Of a stretch of 57,197 nucleotides of DNA, positions 8,682 to 17,602 are shown in pieces. This DNA is from Thermoleophilaceae bacterium. GTDB lineage: Bacteria; Actinomycetota; Thermoleophilia; Solirubrobacterales; Thermoleophilaceae. Below the pieces are notes generated by a model, which made no database searches, was not told where the DNA came from, and saw only the letters and a list, made by a program, of their open reading frames with translations. The position numbers and the translations under genes were made by a program. Where the stretch lies: assembly GCA_035264265.1 (NCBI GenBank), contig DATFQM010000101.1:1-57197 (forward strand), read 5' to 3'. Position 1 is the first letter of the stretch. Each line of letters begins with the position of its first letter.

Positions 8682-10136
8682 ATGACCGACAGGAACCGCT
8701 GGATCGCCCTATACGTGCTCTGCGTGGGGATGCTCATGATCGTCCTCGACGTCACCGTGGTGAACGTGGCGCTGCCGTCGATCCAGGACGACCTCGCCTT
8801 CTCGCAGTCGAGCCTCGCGTGGGTGGTCAATGCCTATCTGATCGCCTTCGGCGGCCTGCTCCTGCTGGCCGGGCGCTTCGGCGACATCCTCGGCCGCAAG
8901 CGGGTGTTCCTGGCGGGCCTCGCCGTTTTCACCGTGGCCTCGTTCCTATGCGGTGCAGCGCAGAGCCAGGAGCTGCTCGTCGGGGCTCGATTCGTCCAGG
9001 GAGTGGGGGGCGCGATGACATCCGCGGTGATACTGGGCATGATCGTGACGATGTTCCCCGAGCCCCGCGAGCGGGCGAAGGCCATCGGCGTCTACGGCTT
9101 CGTCGCCTCCGCGGGGGGCTCGATCGGCCTGCTCGCCGGCGGCGTGCTGACCCAGACGATCAACTGGCACTGGATCTTCTTCGTGAACATCCCGGTCGGT
9201 ATCGCGACGGCGCTACTGGCCCGGCGGCTGCTCGAGGGAGACGAGGGCATCGGCTTCGGCGACGGCGCCGACGTCCCGGGTGCGGTGCTGATCACGAGCT
9301 CCCTGATGCTCGGCGTCTACACGATCGTCGAGCCGGCGGCCGATCACGGCTGGGGCTCGGGCAGTGCGCTCGCGCCGGGGGGCGCCTCGCTCGTGCTGCT
9401 GACCGCCTTTGTCGTGCGGGAGGCGAGAGCGGGGAACCCGCTCATACCGCTCCGGGTCTTCCGCTCGCGGAACGTCTCGGGGGCGAACCTGATCCAGGCG
9501 CTATTGGTCGCCGGTATGTTCGGGATGTTCTTCATGGGCGCCCTGTACCTGGAGCGGGTGCTCGGCTACGACGCCCTGGAGATCGGCCTGGCGTTCCTGC
9601 CCGCCACCCTCGTCATGGGAGTGCTGTCGCTCCGCTACTCGGAGCGGCTGGTCATGCGCTTCGGCGCCAGGAGGACGCTGCTCCCGGGCATGGTGCTCAT
9701 AGCGGTCGGGCTCGCCCTGTTCACGCAGGCGCCGGTGGACGGCAGCTATGTGCCCGACGTCTTGCCGGTGATGATCCTGCTCGGCTTCGGCATCGGCGTT
9801 TCCTTCCCCGCCCTGATGACGCTCGCCATGTCGGGCGCCACCCAGGCGGACGCTGGCCTCGCCTCCGGGCTCGTCAACACCACGGCGCAAGTGGGCGGCG
9901 CGCTTGGCCTGGCGGTCCTCGCCACCCTGTCGACCACGCGCAGCGACAACCTGATCGATAGCGGGAAGCCCACGACCTCCGCGCTGACCAGCGGTTATCA
10001 CCTGGCCTTCCTGGTCGGCGCCGGCCTCGTGATGGCCGGCCTCGTCGTGGCGTTGACGACACTTAAGCCCGAGGAGCAGGCGGCAGGCGAGGCCGGCCCG
10101 ACCGACGCCCGGCCGGCCTACGCCGAGGCGGCTTAG
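8682..10136 (+). CDS. MFS transporter, DHA2 family (second copy)
   Basis: ATG 8682 lies 8 nt after GAAGGAG; an alternative ATG is at 8655. N-terminus WIALYVLCVGMLMIVLDVTVVNVALPSIQDDL and motif GRFGDILGRKR. About 14 predicted TM segments. Confidence 0.9.
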   Translation: MTDRNRWIALYVLCVGMLMIVLDVTVVNVALPSIQDDLAFSQSSLAWVVNAYLIAFGGLLLLAGRFGDILGRKRVFLAGLAVFTVASFLCGAAQSQELLVGARFVQGVGGAMTSAVILGMIVTMFPEPRERAKAIGVYGFVASAGGSIGLLAGGVLTQTINWHWIFFVNIPVGIATALLARRLLEGDEGIGFGDGADVPGAVLITSSLMLGVYTIVEPAADHGWGSGSALAPGGASLVLLTAFVVREARAGNPLIPLRVFRSRNVSGANLIQALLVAGMFGMFFMGALYLERVLGYDALEIGLAFLPATLVMGVLSLRYSERLVMRFGARRTLLPGMVLIAVGLALFTQAPVDGSYVPDVLPVMILLGFGIGVSFPALMTLAMSGATQADAGLASGLVNTTAQVGGALGLAVLATLSTTRSDNLIDSGKPTTSALTSGYHLAFLVGAGLVMAGLVVALTTLKPEEQAAGEAGPTDARPAYAEAA

Positions 10137-10145
10137 GAGGTCCTC

Positions 10146-10756
10146 ATGGCGAAGGTTGCCGCCGACATCTCGATGTCACTGGACGGCTTCGTCGCCGGAC
10201 CGGGCGACGGCCCCGAGCTGCCCCTTGGGAAGGGCGGCGAGCGGCTGCACGAGTGGGTATGCGGTCTCGCGCGCTGGCGCGAGCGCCAATGCCTCGCAGG
10301 GTGGCGAGACGGGCGTCGACGCCGAGCTTCTGGACGAAGCGTTCACGACAACCGGGGCGGTCGGTTAGGCCGGCGCATGTTCGACAACGCAGGGGGATGG
10401 GGGGACAACCCTCCCTTCCACTTGCCCGTGTTCGTCCTCTCGCATGAGGCTCGGGACACCCTGACCAGTGGAGGGACTAGCTTCACCTTCGTCGGCGAGG
10501 GGATCGAGAGCGCCCTCGAGCGGGCGACGGCGGCCACAGGCGGCGGGACGTCTCGGTGGCAGGCGGCGCGAGCGTGGTGCAGCAGTGCCTGAGGGCGAGG
10601 GTGCTCGATGAGATCCAGAGTCACCTCGTACCGACACTGCTTGGCGGCGGCGTGCGGCTGTTCGACCGCCTGGGGAGTGACGGAGTCGAGCTCGAGCGGA
10701 AGAGAGTGATCGACTCCCCCGGGGTGACCCACTTGAAGTTCCGCGTGGTCAAGTAG
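10146..10756 (+). pseudogene. RibD_C/DHFR-family reductase gene broken by three frameshifts
   Basis: One protein is spread over all three frames. MAKVAADISMSLDGFVAGP..GERLHEWVCGLARWRERQCLA is in frame 0. GGETGVDAELLDEAFTTTGAV is in frame 1, about 10300-10367. RRMFDNAGGWGDNPPFHLPVFVLSH..FTFVGEGIESALERA is back in frame 0. DVSVAGGASVVQQCLRARVLDEIQSHLVPTLLGGGVRLFD..VTHLKFRVVK is in frame 2 from about 10541. Confidence 0.7.
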
Positions 10757-10868
10757 ACGACCTGCATACCGCCCTTCGCGGATGCCGTCGGTCACGAGCT
10801 CGACGTTGGGCGCCGTGCCCAGGCCCCGAGAACCCCGTCCCGACGATCGCCACACGGTGGTGGGTCAT
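10749..10868 (-). pseudogene. 5' stub of an FAD/NAD(P)-binding oxidoreductase gene
   Basis: ATG 10868 overlaps the upstream stop in an ATGA arrangement and encodes the dinucleotide-binding start MTHHRVAIVGTGFSG. The sequence then degenerates and stops after 39 codons. The rest of the gene is replaced by the oppositely oriented RibD_C pseudogene. Confidence 0.35.
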
Positions 10869-12700
10869 GCGGGACGCGCGACGGCCGACCGCACCGGCTT
10901 GCGCGGCGCGGGCTCCTCGGGGGCCCCAGCAGTCCGGCCCAGCCGTGTGAGCGCCCACCCGAGGCCGAGCACGAGGATCAACACGATCGCGCCGATGGCG
11001 CCGTAGGCCGCCGTGGTAAGGGCCGGCGAGACGCTGCTCTTCTGCTCGCGCTGGAGGATCTTCTTCTCCCTGATAAAGGGCCGCGTGAAGCTGGACAACG
11101 CCGGGACGCCCTTGACCGGGGCCGGGTCCTCGGGCAGGTAGATCGGAGAGCCGAGTAGGGAGTCCTTGCGGTGCAGGCGCACCAGCGCCTTCCAGCCGTC
11201 GTAGGTCGGGATCGGCTTCGTCGTCCGGTAGCTGCCCGGACCGGTGCGGTGCAGACGGTAGAGCACGAACCCGCTCCCTGCCAGGCCAGGACCTCGACCC
11301 AGTCGCAGCCATGGACCGCGGAGGCGGGCGTCACGCGGACGTTCGCGGACACCTCGCGGTCCGGGCTTCCCTTGACGTCGGTCAGCTGGACCGTCGCCCG
11401 GACGCCGCCCTCGACCGTCGTGTTGAGGCCGTAGGCGAAGATCGCCACGATCGCCGCGAGGCCGACCGCCGCCAGGGCGGGGCTGGGGAACCTGATCTCG
11501 GAAAGGCGCGGGGCGACGAGCGGCGTCCCGACGAAGCCGCCGATGAGGCCGCCCGCGATGCCGGCGAGCGGCACGACGGGAAGCGGCTCGCCGACCAGGA
11601 CACCTGGCCAGGGGTTGGGCATCCAGACGTGCGACCAGCCGAACTCGGCGGCGAAACCGACCGTTCCGATCAGGACGCCCGCCACGGCGCCGAAGAGATA
11701 GGCGCGCTCGCGGGGCGCGACCGCGAAGGCCACCGCCTCCACCAGGAGACCCTCGGCGAGATAGAGGGAGAAGTGCTGGGTGACCTCACCGAGCAGCGGG
11801 CCCACGATCAGCGCCAGGCCGCCGTGAATGACGAGGAACAAGCCGACCGCGAAGAGCGCGGCGCCCCTGCCCGCGTAGATCCGCGCCGTGACCAGGGCGA
11901 TCCCGGCGGCGAGCGCGATCAGCACGGACCGGAAGAGGAGACGGAACTGGGGGGCGCCGAAGTCGAACTCGGCCTGGAGGTGGATAGGTCGACGAGGAGG
12001 CCGCCGCAGACGGCGACGTAGCGGAACTTGACGACCAGGTCGAGCACCGGCTTTACCAGCAGGCCCCTCTCGCCCTTGCCGGCCTTGCCCTCGACGAACA
12101 GGTGCGCGATGAGCGAGAGCCCGGCACCGCCGATCAGCATCAGGTGCGTCGGGCCCCAGAGCGTCACGTCCTGGCCGAAGATCCGATGCCAGAACTCGTC
12201 GAGCGGAAAGCCGGCCAGCGAGAAGGAGCTGCAGGCGAGCAGGATCAGCCCGCCCACCGTCGCGTACCAGTCCTTCCCCAGCCTGACCGAGGCGCGACTG
12301 GGCCGGCCCTCCGGGAGGGTCACGCTGAGCACGCCCGCGGAGAACGCGAGGAAGAGGCCGACGAGGATGAAGTAATGCGCGGGGTTGGCGAGCGGCCCCG
12401 GATCGCGGCCGTTGTCGATGTGCAGCGAGACGTCCCAGTACATCCCGAAGAGGGCCACGAGCAGCGCCACCGCGAGGATCCTGGAGAAAGCGCCGCCCAG
12501 GCCGGCAGGCCGCTCATCCGCGAAGCCCGCTGGGCGGCCCAGCCGAGCACCCTGATGCGCCCAGACCGGTGGCCAATCCCCAGGGCGAAGAGGATCGAGG
12601 CGACGACCGCACCCGCGGTGGCGCCGATCACCTCGCTGGTGGCCGCCCCGCCGGCCGGCTTGCCCGCGGTGCTGGCCGCTAGCAGCAGATCTCCCGCCAT
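10865..12700 (-). pseudogene. polytopic membrane protein gene (MYWDVSLHIDNGRDPGP motif) interrupted by at least two frameshifts
   Basis: A continuous protein can be read only by changing frame. Near 11980 the join is ..RYVAVCGGLLVD | IHLQAEFDFGAPQFRLLFRSVLIALAAG... Near 11275 it is ..WVEVLAWQG | FVLYRLHRTGPGSYRTTKPIPTYDGWKALV... A possible third shift lies near 12540-12600, between MAGDLL..VVASILFALGIG and ..AFSRILAVALLVALFGMYWDVS. Confidence 0.6.
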
Positions 12701-12751
12701 CAGCTTATGTTGCACAATTACGTGGCACATGAAACCTCGTATCATGGCTTC

Positions 12752-13573
12752 GTGGCCAACGACACCAACGGACTGACCATCGACGAGCTCGCCCAGCGGA
12801 TGGGAATGACCGCTCGCAATGTGCGCGCCTACCAGTCGCGCGGGCTGATTCCCCCTCCTGCCCTCAGGGGGCGCACCGGGTACTACAACGCAGAGCACCT
12901 CGCCCGGCTCGAGCTGATTCGAGACCTGCAGTCCGAGGGCTTCAACCTCGAGTCGATCAAGCGGATCCTGGAGCGCGCGCCAGCCGGCTCCGTCGGCCAG
13001 GTGCTCGACTTCACGCGGGCCGCCGCGGCGCCCTTCGGCGACGAGGAGCCGGAGGTCATGGACGGCGCGATCCTGGCGGAGCAATGGGGCGACGAGCTGA
13101 CGCCCGAGCTGATTCGGCGCATCGAGCGCCACGGCTTCGTGCGGCCGCTCGGCGAGAACCTCTGGGAGGTGCGCAGCCCGCGCCTGCAGCGCGCCGCCCA
13201 AGAGCTCACCGAGCTGGGCGTGCCGTTCGCGGCCGGGGTCGAGGTGATGGTCACCCTGAAGCGCCACTCCGAGGCGATCGCGAAGAAGTACGTGGAGCTG
13301 TTCCTGGACCACATTTGGCGGCCGTTCGAGGAGGCGGGCGAGCCGCCGGAGGAGTTCGCGCGCGTGCGCGACGCGCTCGACCGCCTGCGGCCGTCCGCCG
13401 GCGAGTCGCTGCTCGCCGTGTTCCAGGTGACGATGACGGACGCCGTCGAGGCGGCGATCGAGCGCGAGGTGCTCGGGCGCGGCGAGGGACCGGACTCGGC
13501 CGGCGGTCACCGGCGCCCCAGCCGCGGCAGCCGCACTCGTCGCCGCGGAGAGCGGAGGGGCTCCTCGCGATGA
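12752..13573 (+). CDS. MerR family transcriptional regulator
   Basis: HTH LTIDELAQRMGMTARNVRAYQSRGLIPPP..YYNAEHLARLELIRDLQSEGFNLESIKRIL. GTG 12752 is preferred over ATG 12707 because 12701-12751 is AT-rich and promoter-like. Confidence 0.85.
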   Translation: MANDTNGLTIDELAQRMGMTARNVRAYQSRGLIPPPALRGRTGYYNAEHLARLELIRDLQSEGFNLESIKRILERAPAGSVGQVLDFTRAAAAPFGDEEPEVMDGAILAEQWGDELTPELIRRIERHGFVRPLGENLWEVRSPRLQRAAQELTELGVPFAAGVEVMVTLKRHSEAIAKKYVELFLDHIWRPFEEAGEPPEEFARVRDALDRLRPSAGESLLAVFQVTMTDAVEAAIEREVLGRGEGPDSAGGHRRPSRGSRTRRRGERRGSSR

Positions 13574-13836
13574 GGCTCGGCCTGGGCCCGCTCGCAGCGC
13601 TGCCGGGGGCGCTCCCCGGCGTCCGCGCCATCGCCCAAATCGTCGCGTCGCTCCGGATCCTTCCCGAGCTCAACGAGCGGCTGGCCGCCATTGCAGAGGA
13701 CACCGGGCGCCTGCCGCAGATCGAGGCCGAGATCGCGAACGTAGCTCGTCGAACGGCGGTGCTCCCCGAGATGGTCAAGCACACAGACCAGATCGCCCAG
13801 ACGATGCTGTTGCAGAAACAGGGGCACGCTGATCAG
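13570..13836 (+). CDS. hypothetical heptad-rich small protein, ATGA-coupled to merR; 3' end undefined
   Basis: The ATG overlaps the MerR TGA (13570-13573). The first ~85 codons look coding (MRLGLGPLAALPG..LRILPELNERLAAIAEDTGRLPQIEAEIANVARRTAVLPEMVKHTDQIAQTM). The frame then stays open to 14250 only as the antisense shadow of the next gene, so the gene is probably truncated. Confidence 0.3.
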
Positions 13837-13944
13837 GCTGATCATCTCGTTCCCCGTCAGCCGGATCTCCGCTTCCGGCTCCTCCCCTCGGTGCCGGAAG
13901 CTACGCCACTCCCGGCGGGGGCGCGCCGCAAGGAGCAGCTTCGT

Positions 13945-14253
13945 TCAGCCGGGCAGGGGAGCGCGCAGCAGGTCGCGCACGCGCGCCCGAAGGCCCCGCC
14001 GGTTACGGCGATCCTGGCGAAGCTGCGCGGCTCGCAGCCGAAGCAGCGCCACCAGCTCGGCCGTTGGCTCGAACGGATCGGCTATCGCCCTGCCCGCCCC
14101 GAGCGGGAGCGCGGCGAGAATGCGCGCGTCGGACTCGGCGACCAGCGCGGCTCCCATCATGGGCGCGGAGCTGTCGAGCGCTGCGAGACGGGCGAGCTCG
14201 CGCTCATCGGCCGCGGTCGCGTGACGTACCGTGAGATCTTTGTTCGGTGACAT
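13945..14253 (-). CDS. conserved-looking small hypothetical protein (102 aa)
   Basis: MSPNKDLTVRHATAADERELARLAALDSSAPMMGAALVAESDARILAALPLGAGRAIADPFEPTAELVALLRLRAAQLR.. resembles the first half of a GNAT-like fold, followed by an Arg-rich tail. Divergent from the MocR-type regulator. Confidence 0.6.
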   Translation of the reverse strand: MSPNKDLTVRHATAADERELARLAALDSSAPMMGAALVAESDARILAALPLGAGRAIADPFEPTAELVALLRLRAAQLRQDRRNRRGLRARVRDLLRAPLPG

Positions 14254-14350
14254 TGTTGCCCTCGCTAGTCCTACAAGATTGCTGATCGGCCAAGTAACTG
14301 CTACGGTACGGCCTACAGAGTCGATTGCATGTCTTACAAGTTCGACTTGT
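14254..14350. promoter_or_regulatory. divergent control region with YTACA(A)G direct repeats and a 6-3-6 palindrome
   Basis: A lower-GC intergenic region. CTACAAG lies at 14271-14277, CTACAG at 14313-14318 and TTACAAG at 14334-14340. The palindrome ACAAGT-TCG-ACTTGT at 14336-14350 lies in codons 3-8 of the regulator gene. Confidence 0.3.
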
Positions 14351-15828
14351 CCGACATAGGTCGCGGCGGCGAGATTTCGCTCACCCAACAGCTCGTCGAC
14401 CGCTTCGCCGACGCCATCGAGGCCGGCCTGCTCGAACCCGGGGAGAAGCTGCCCCCCACGCGCCATCTCGCGGAGCAAGTGAGCGTGAACCATCTGACTG
14501 CCGCGCGCGTCTATCGACGCCTCGCGGAGCTCGGCTACGTGACTGCGTCCGTGGGACGGGGGACCTTCGTGCGAACCCTGAGCCCCGCCGTCGCTGCGGA
14601 CCAGGGTGACGACTGGCAGCTGTACGCGCTTCCCCAGCGTGAGCCGAGCTACTCGGAGCAGGTGATGGCCGACGCCTTCAACCTTCCGCTCGAGGAGGAC
14701 ATGATCTCCCTCTCCACGGGCTGGCCCTCGCCGGACCACTACCCTGTCGCCGACCTCGCGCGAATCGCGGGGGAGGTCTTCGAGGAAGAGGGCGGCGACG
14801 CCATCTCCTACCTCAGCGCCGAGGGGCTGTTCGCGCTCCGGGAGCAGCTCGCGCTGCGCGGGGAGCGGTTCGGATTCGCCTCGGGCCCCGAGGAGATCAT
14901 CGTCACGTCCGGAGCCAAGCAGGCGATCAATCTCGCCACCCAGGCAATCCTCGAGCCCGGCGACGTTGCGGTGGTCGAGTCGCCGACGTTCGTCGGGGTC
15001 TTGGAGTCGGTCCGAGCCGCGGGCGCCCGTATGCTCGGGGTCCCCGTGGACGAGTACGGGTTCGACGTCGATTCGCTGGAGCGCCTGCTGGCGCGCCACG
15101 AGGTAAAGCTGGTCGCGTTGCAGACGGCGTGCCAGAACCCCACGGGTCGCGACACCTCGGACGAGCGGCGAGAGCGACTGGCGGAGCTGGCACGCGAGCG
15201 CTCCTTCTTCGTGCTCGAGGATCGGGTTTACGCCGACCTCCGTTTCGACAGCACGCGGCCGAGGCCGGTGCGCGAGCTCGCTCCCGCCCACGTCGTATAC
15301 GTCAATTCGCTCTCGAAGGCGGTCGGCGGCGGACTGAGAGTGGGTTGGGTCGCCGCCCGTGGACCGCTCTTCGATCGGATCGCGATGCTGAAGCTGGAGG
15401 ACGACTTCCACACGCCGACGCTCGTCCAGCACATCGCGTCGCGCTACCTCGCATCCGGCGCCTACGACCGCCACGTGGAGTCCACGCTCCCGATCTATCG
15501 CGAGCGCCGGGACGCCCTGCTCGCAGCGCTCGAGCGGCATCTGGCAGGCGAGTACCGCGTCGACCCGCCGCGCGGCGGCCATCACGTCTGGGTGACCCTC
15601 ACCCGCCCGATCGACGAGCGGGCGCTCTACTCGGAGGCGATCCGCCACGGGGTCACGTTCACGCCGGGTGACGCGGTCACGCCCGAGCGCCGTTCGCAGA
15701 CGGCCTTTCGCCTCTCCTTCTCATTGCTGGAGCCGAAGGAGCTGGACCAGGGCGTGAGCAGGCTCGCGCGGGCGATCCGCGAGGTGCGGCGGCGTGCGCG
15801 GCACTCGCGGGCCGTGCCTGCGAGCTAG
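14329..15828 (+). CDS. MocR/PdxR-type regulator (GntR HTH fused to a fold-type I aminotransferase-like domain)
   Basis: N-terminal GntR wHTH (GEKLPPTRHLAEQVSVNHLTAARVYRRLAELGYVTASVGRGTFV) plus an aminotransferase-like domain with the PLP-lysine motif YVNSLSKAVGGGLRVGW. Confidence 0.9.
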   Translation: MSYKFDLSDIGRGGEISLTQQLVDRFADAIEAGLLEPGEKLPPTRHLAEQVSVNHLTAARVYRRLAELGYVTASVGRGTFVRTLSPAVAADQGDDWQLYALPQREPSYSEQVMADAFNLPLEEDMISLSTGWPSPDHYPVADLARIAGEVFEEEGGDAISYLSAEGLFALREQLALRGERFGFASGPEEIIVTSGAKQAINLATQAILEPGDVAVVESPTFVGVLESVRAAGARMLGVPVDEYGFDVDSLERLLARHEVKLVALQTACQNPTGRDTSDERRERLAELARERSFFVLEDRVYADLRFDSTRPRPVRELAPAHVVYVNSLSKAVGGGLRVGWVAARGPLFDRIAMLKLEDDFHTPTLVQHIASRYLASGAYDRHVESTLPIYRERRDALLAALERHLAGEYRVDPPRGGHHVWVTLTRPIDERALYSEAIRHGVTFTPGDAVTPERRSQTAFRLSFSLLEPKELDQGVSRLARAIREVRRRARHSRAVPAS

Positions 15829-16301
15829 GCCGGGCGAAGCAGACGCTCCCAGATCTCGCCGAGCATCCGTTGCTCGGCGTCGCTGAGCCGGGAGAGGAAG
15901 CGCTCCCGCACCCCCGCGAGGTGGGTCCGCCGAGCCTCCTCGAACGTCCGCCGTCCCTCGTCCGTGATCACCGCCAGCAGTCCGCGCTGGTCGCTCTTGC
16001 ACTCCCGCCGCACGATCAGCCCGGCCGTCTCCAGGCGGTCGGCCAGACGAGTGAGGCCGCTGCGGCTGAGCAGAACGGAGTCGGCGAGCTCGGACATCCG
16101 CATGCCTTCCTCGGGCCCGTTCGCCAGGTAGAGCAGGACCTCGTAGGAGCTCAGCGGCAGCTCGTGCTCCTCCAGCAGCCCCGCATCCAGCGTGCGGATG
16201 AGCTTCGAATGCGTGCGGAGGAAGCCGCCCCAGACTGCCAGCTCCTGCTCGCTGAGCGTGTGTGCAGGCCCCTCTGCGATAGCACCGGTATTGTTGCTCA
16301 T
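15825..16301 (-). CDS. MarR family transcriptional regulator
   Basis: 158 aa starting at ATG 16301. wHTH LSSYEVLLYLANGPEEGMRMSELADSVLLSRSGLTRLADRLETAGLIVRRECKSDQRG. Its stop overlaps the MocR stop (CTAG). Confidence 0.9.
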   Translation of the reverse strand: MSNNTGAIAEGPAHTLSEQELAVWGGFLRTHSKLIRTLDAGLLEEHELPLSSYEVLLYLANGPEEGMRMSELADSVLLSRSGLTRLADRLETAGLIVRRECKSDQRGLLAVITDEGRRTFEEARRTHLAGVRERFLSRLSDAEQRMLGEIWERLLRPA

Positions 16302-16328
16302 GCAATCAATCCTACCGCGGGCAATGGA

Positions 16329-16958
16329 CTGGTTCATCGGGTCAGGGAGCCGGCCGGCGAGGCCCGCGGCGCCCTGCTCCTGTTCCACGGACGCGCCGTG
16401 GACGAGAACGACCTGTTTCCCCTCCTGGACGAGCTCGACCCCGAGCGCCGGCTGCTCGGCGCGACCGCCCGCGGTCCGCTGACGCTCCCACCGGGCGGCT
16501 TCCATTGGTACGCGGTGCGCCGCATCGGCCACCCGGACCCGGAGACCTTCCACGCCAGCTACCCGCTCGTGGCCGACTGGGTCGACGGCTTCCTGGCCGC
16601 GGGCGGCCTGAAACCCGAGCGCGCCTTCCTCGGTGGGTTCTCGCAGGGCGCCGTCATGTCCTACGCCCTGGCCCTCGGCGCGGACCGCCCCAGGCCTGCG
16701 GGCATACTCGCCTTCAGCGGTTTCGTGCCCACGGTCGAAGGCTTCGAGCTCGACCTCTCCAATGCCAACGGGCTCCCGGTCGCGATCGGCCACGGCGAGT
16801 ACGACCCGATCATCGGCGTCGAGTGGGGCAGGGACGCCCGAGATCGGCTACAGGCTGCCGGGGCGCGCGTGACCTATCGCGAGAGTCCAATGCCGCACGC
16901 CATCGATCCGAGCTACCTCGACGAGTTGAGGAGCTGGGTGGAGCGGATGCTGCCGTAG
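16329..16958 (+). CDS. phospholipase/carboxylesterase-family alpha/beta hydrolase
   Basis: ALLLFHGRAVDENDL, nucleophile elbow GGFSQGA, and IGHGEYDPII with a catalytic His region. No ATG/GTG/TTG precedes the conserved N-terminus in frame. CTG 16329 is the only nearby candidate (ATG 16324 is out of frame), so the start is uncertain. Confidence 0.75.
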   Translation: MVHRVREPAGEARGALLLFHGRAVDENDLFPLLDELDPERRLLGATARGPLTLPPGGFHWYAVRRIGHPDPETFHASYPLVADWVDGFLAAGGLKPERAFLGGFSQGAVMSYALALGADRPRPAGILAFSGFVPTVEGFELDLSNANGLPVAIGHGEYDPIIGVEWGRDARDRLQAAGARVTYRESPMPHAIDPSYLDELRSWVERMLP

Positions 16959-17007
16959 CCACCGCGGGGTCGCCACGACCCCGCCTCAGAGGGCCACTCG
17001 ATGTCTG

Positions 17008-17039
17008 AGATATATCTTTATGATATATCTGGGAGATAT
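17008..17039. promoter_or_regulatory. probable PadR operator: AGATATATCT palindrome repeated
   Basis: A perfect 10-bp palindrome AGATATATCT lies at 17008-17017. A 9/10 copy TGATATATCT lies at 17021-17030, and a half-site AGATAT at 17034-17039 overlaps the padR ATG. This is the only strongly AT-rich patch in the area. Confidence 0.45.
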
Positions 17040-17601
17040 GGCAGCACGGGACCACCCCAAGACCGCCTACGTGATCCTCGGGATGCTCGCGCTCGGGAAG
17101 CGGACGGGCTACGAGATCAAGGCCCTCGTCGACGTCTCGACTCGCTTCTTCTGGGCCGCCAGCTACGGGCAGATCTACCCGGAGCTGAAGCGCTTGGAGG
17201 AGGCGGGGCTGATCCGTGGTGAGGAGGACCCGAGCGACGGCCGCAGGCGCAGGGCCTACCAGCTCACGGCCGCCGGCCGTCGCGCGCTGCGCGACTGGCT
17301 CACGTCCGATCGGCCGCTCGTCCGCGAGCTGCGCCACGAGGGCGTGCTCAAGCTCTTCTTCTCGGACATCCTCGAGCCGAAGGAGCAGCTCGAGCAGATC
17401 CGCCGGCTCAGGGCGGAGCACGAGGCGACCCGCGACCGCCTTCGGGAGATCGAGCCGGGCGCGCGGGAAGCGGACGAGGCGAGGGGGTTGCGCTTCACGC
17501 TCCTCACGCTCGACTGGGGAATCGCCTACCAGGACGCCATGATCGATTGGTGCGCCCGGGCGGAGCGCGAGCTGGCCGCGCAGGCCGCCGTGGGGGCCTA
17601 G
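17038..17601 (+). CDS. PadR family transcriptional regulator (with C-terminal dimerisation domain)
   Basis: YVILGMLALGKRTGYEIKALVDVSTRFFWAASYGQIYPELKRLEEAGLI..RRAYQLTAAGRRAL. The start is ATG 17038 or ATG 17020. Confidence 0.9.
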   Translation: MAARDHPKTAYVILGMLALGKRTGYEIKALVDVSTRFFWAASYGQIYPELKRLEEAGLIRGEEDPSDGRRRRAYQLTAAGRRALRDWLTSDRPLVRELRHEGVLKLFFSDILEPKEQLEQIRRLRAEHEATRDRLREIEPGAREADEARGLRFTLLTLDWGIAYQDAMIDWCARAERELAAQAAVGA

Positions 17602-17602
17602 C

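Noticed and set aside
13837-14250. Extending the MerR-coupled ORF to its literal stop, giving a 227-aa protein at 13570..14250.
   Set aside because: Beyond about codon 85 the translation turns into Arg/Gln/Gly-rich low complexity. It lies codon-for-codon antisense to a better-looking 102-aa gene, so only the 5' part is credible.
16324-16326. ATG 16324 as the start of the carboxylesterase-family hydrolase.
   Set aside because: It is in the +1 frame relative to the conserved LLLFHGR.. sequence. Using it would require an undetected frameshift, so the start is left as uncertain (CTG 16329) rather than inventing an indel.
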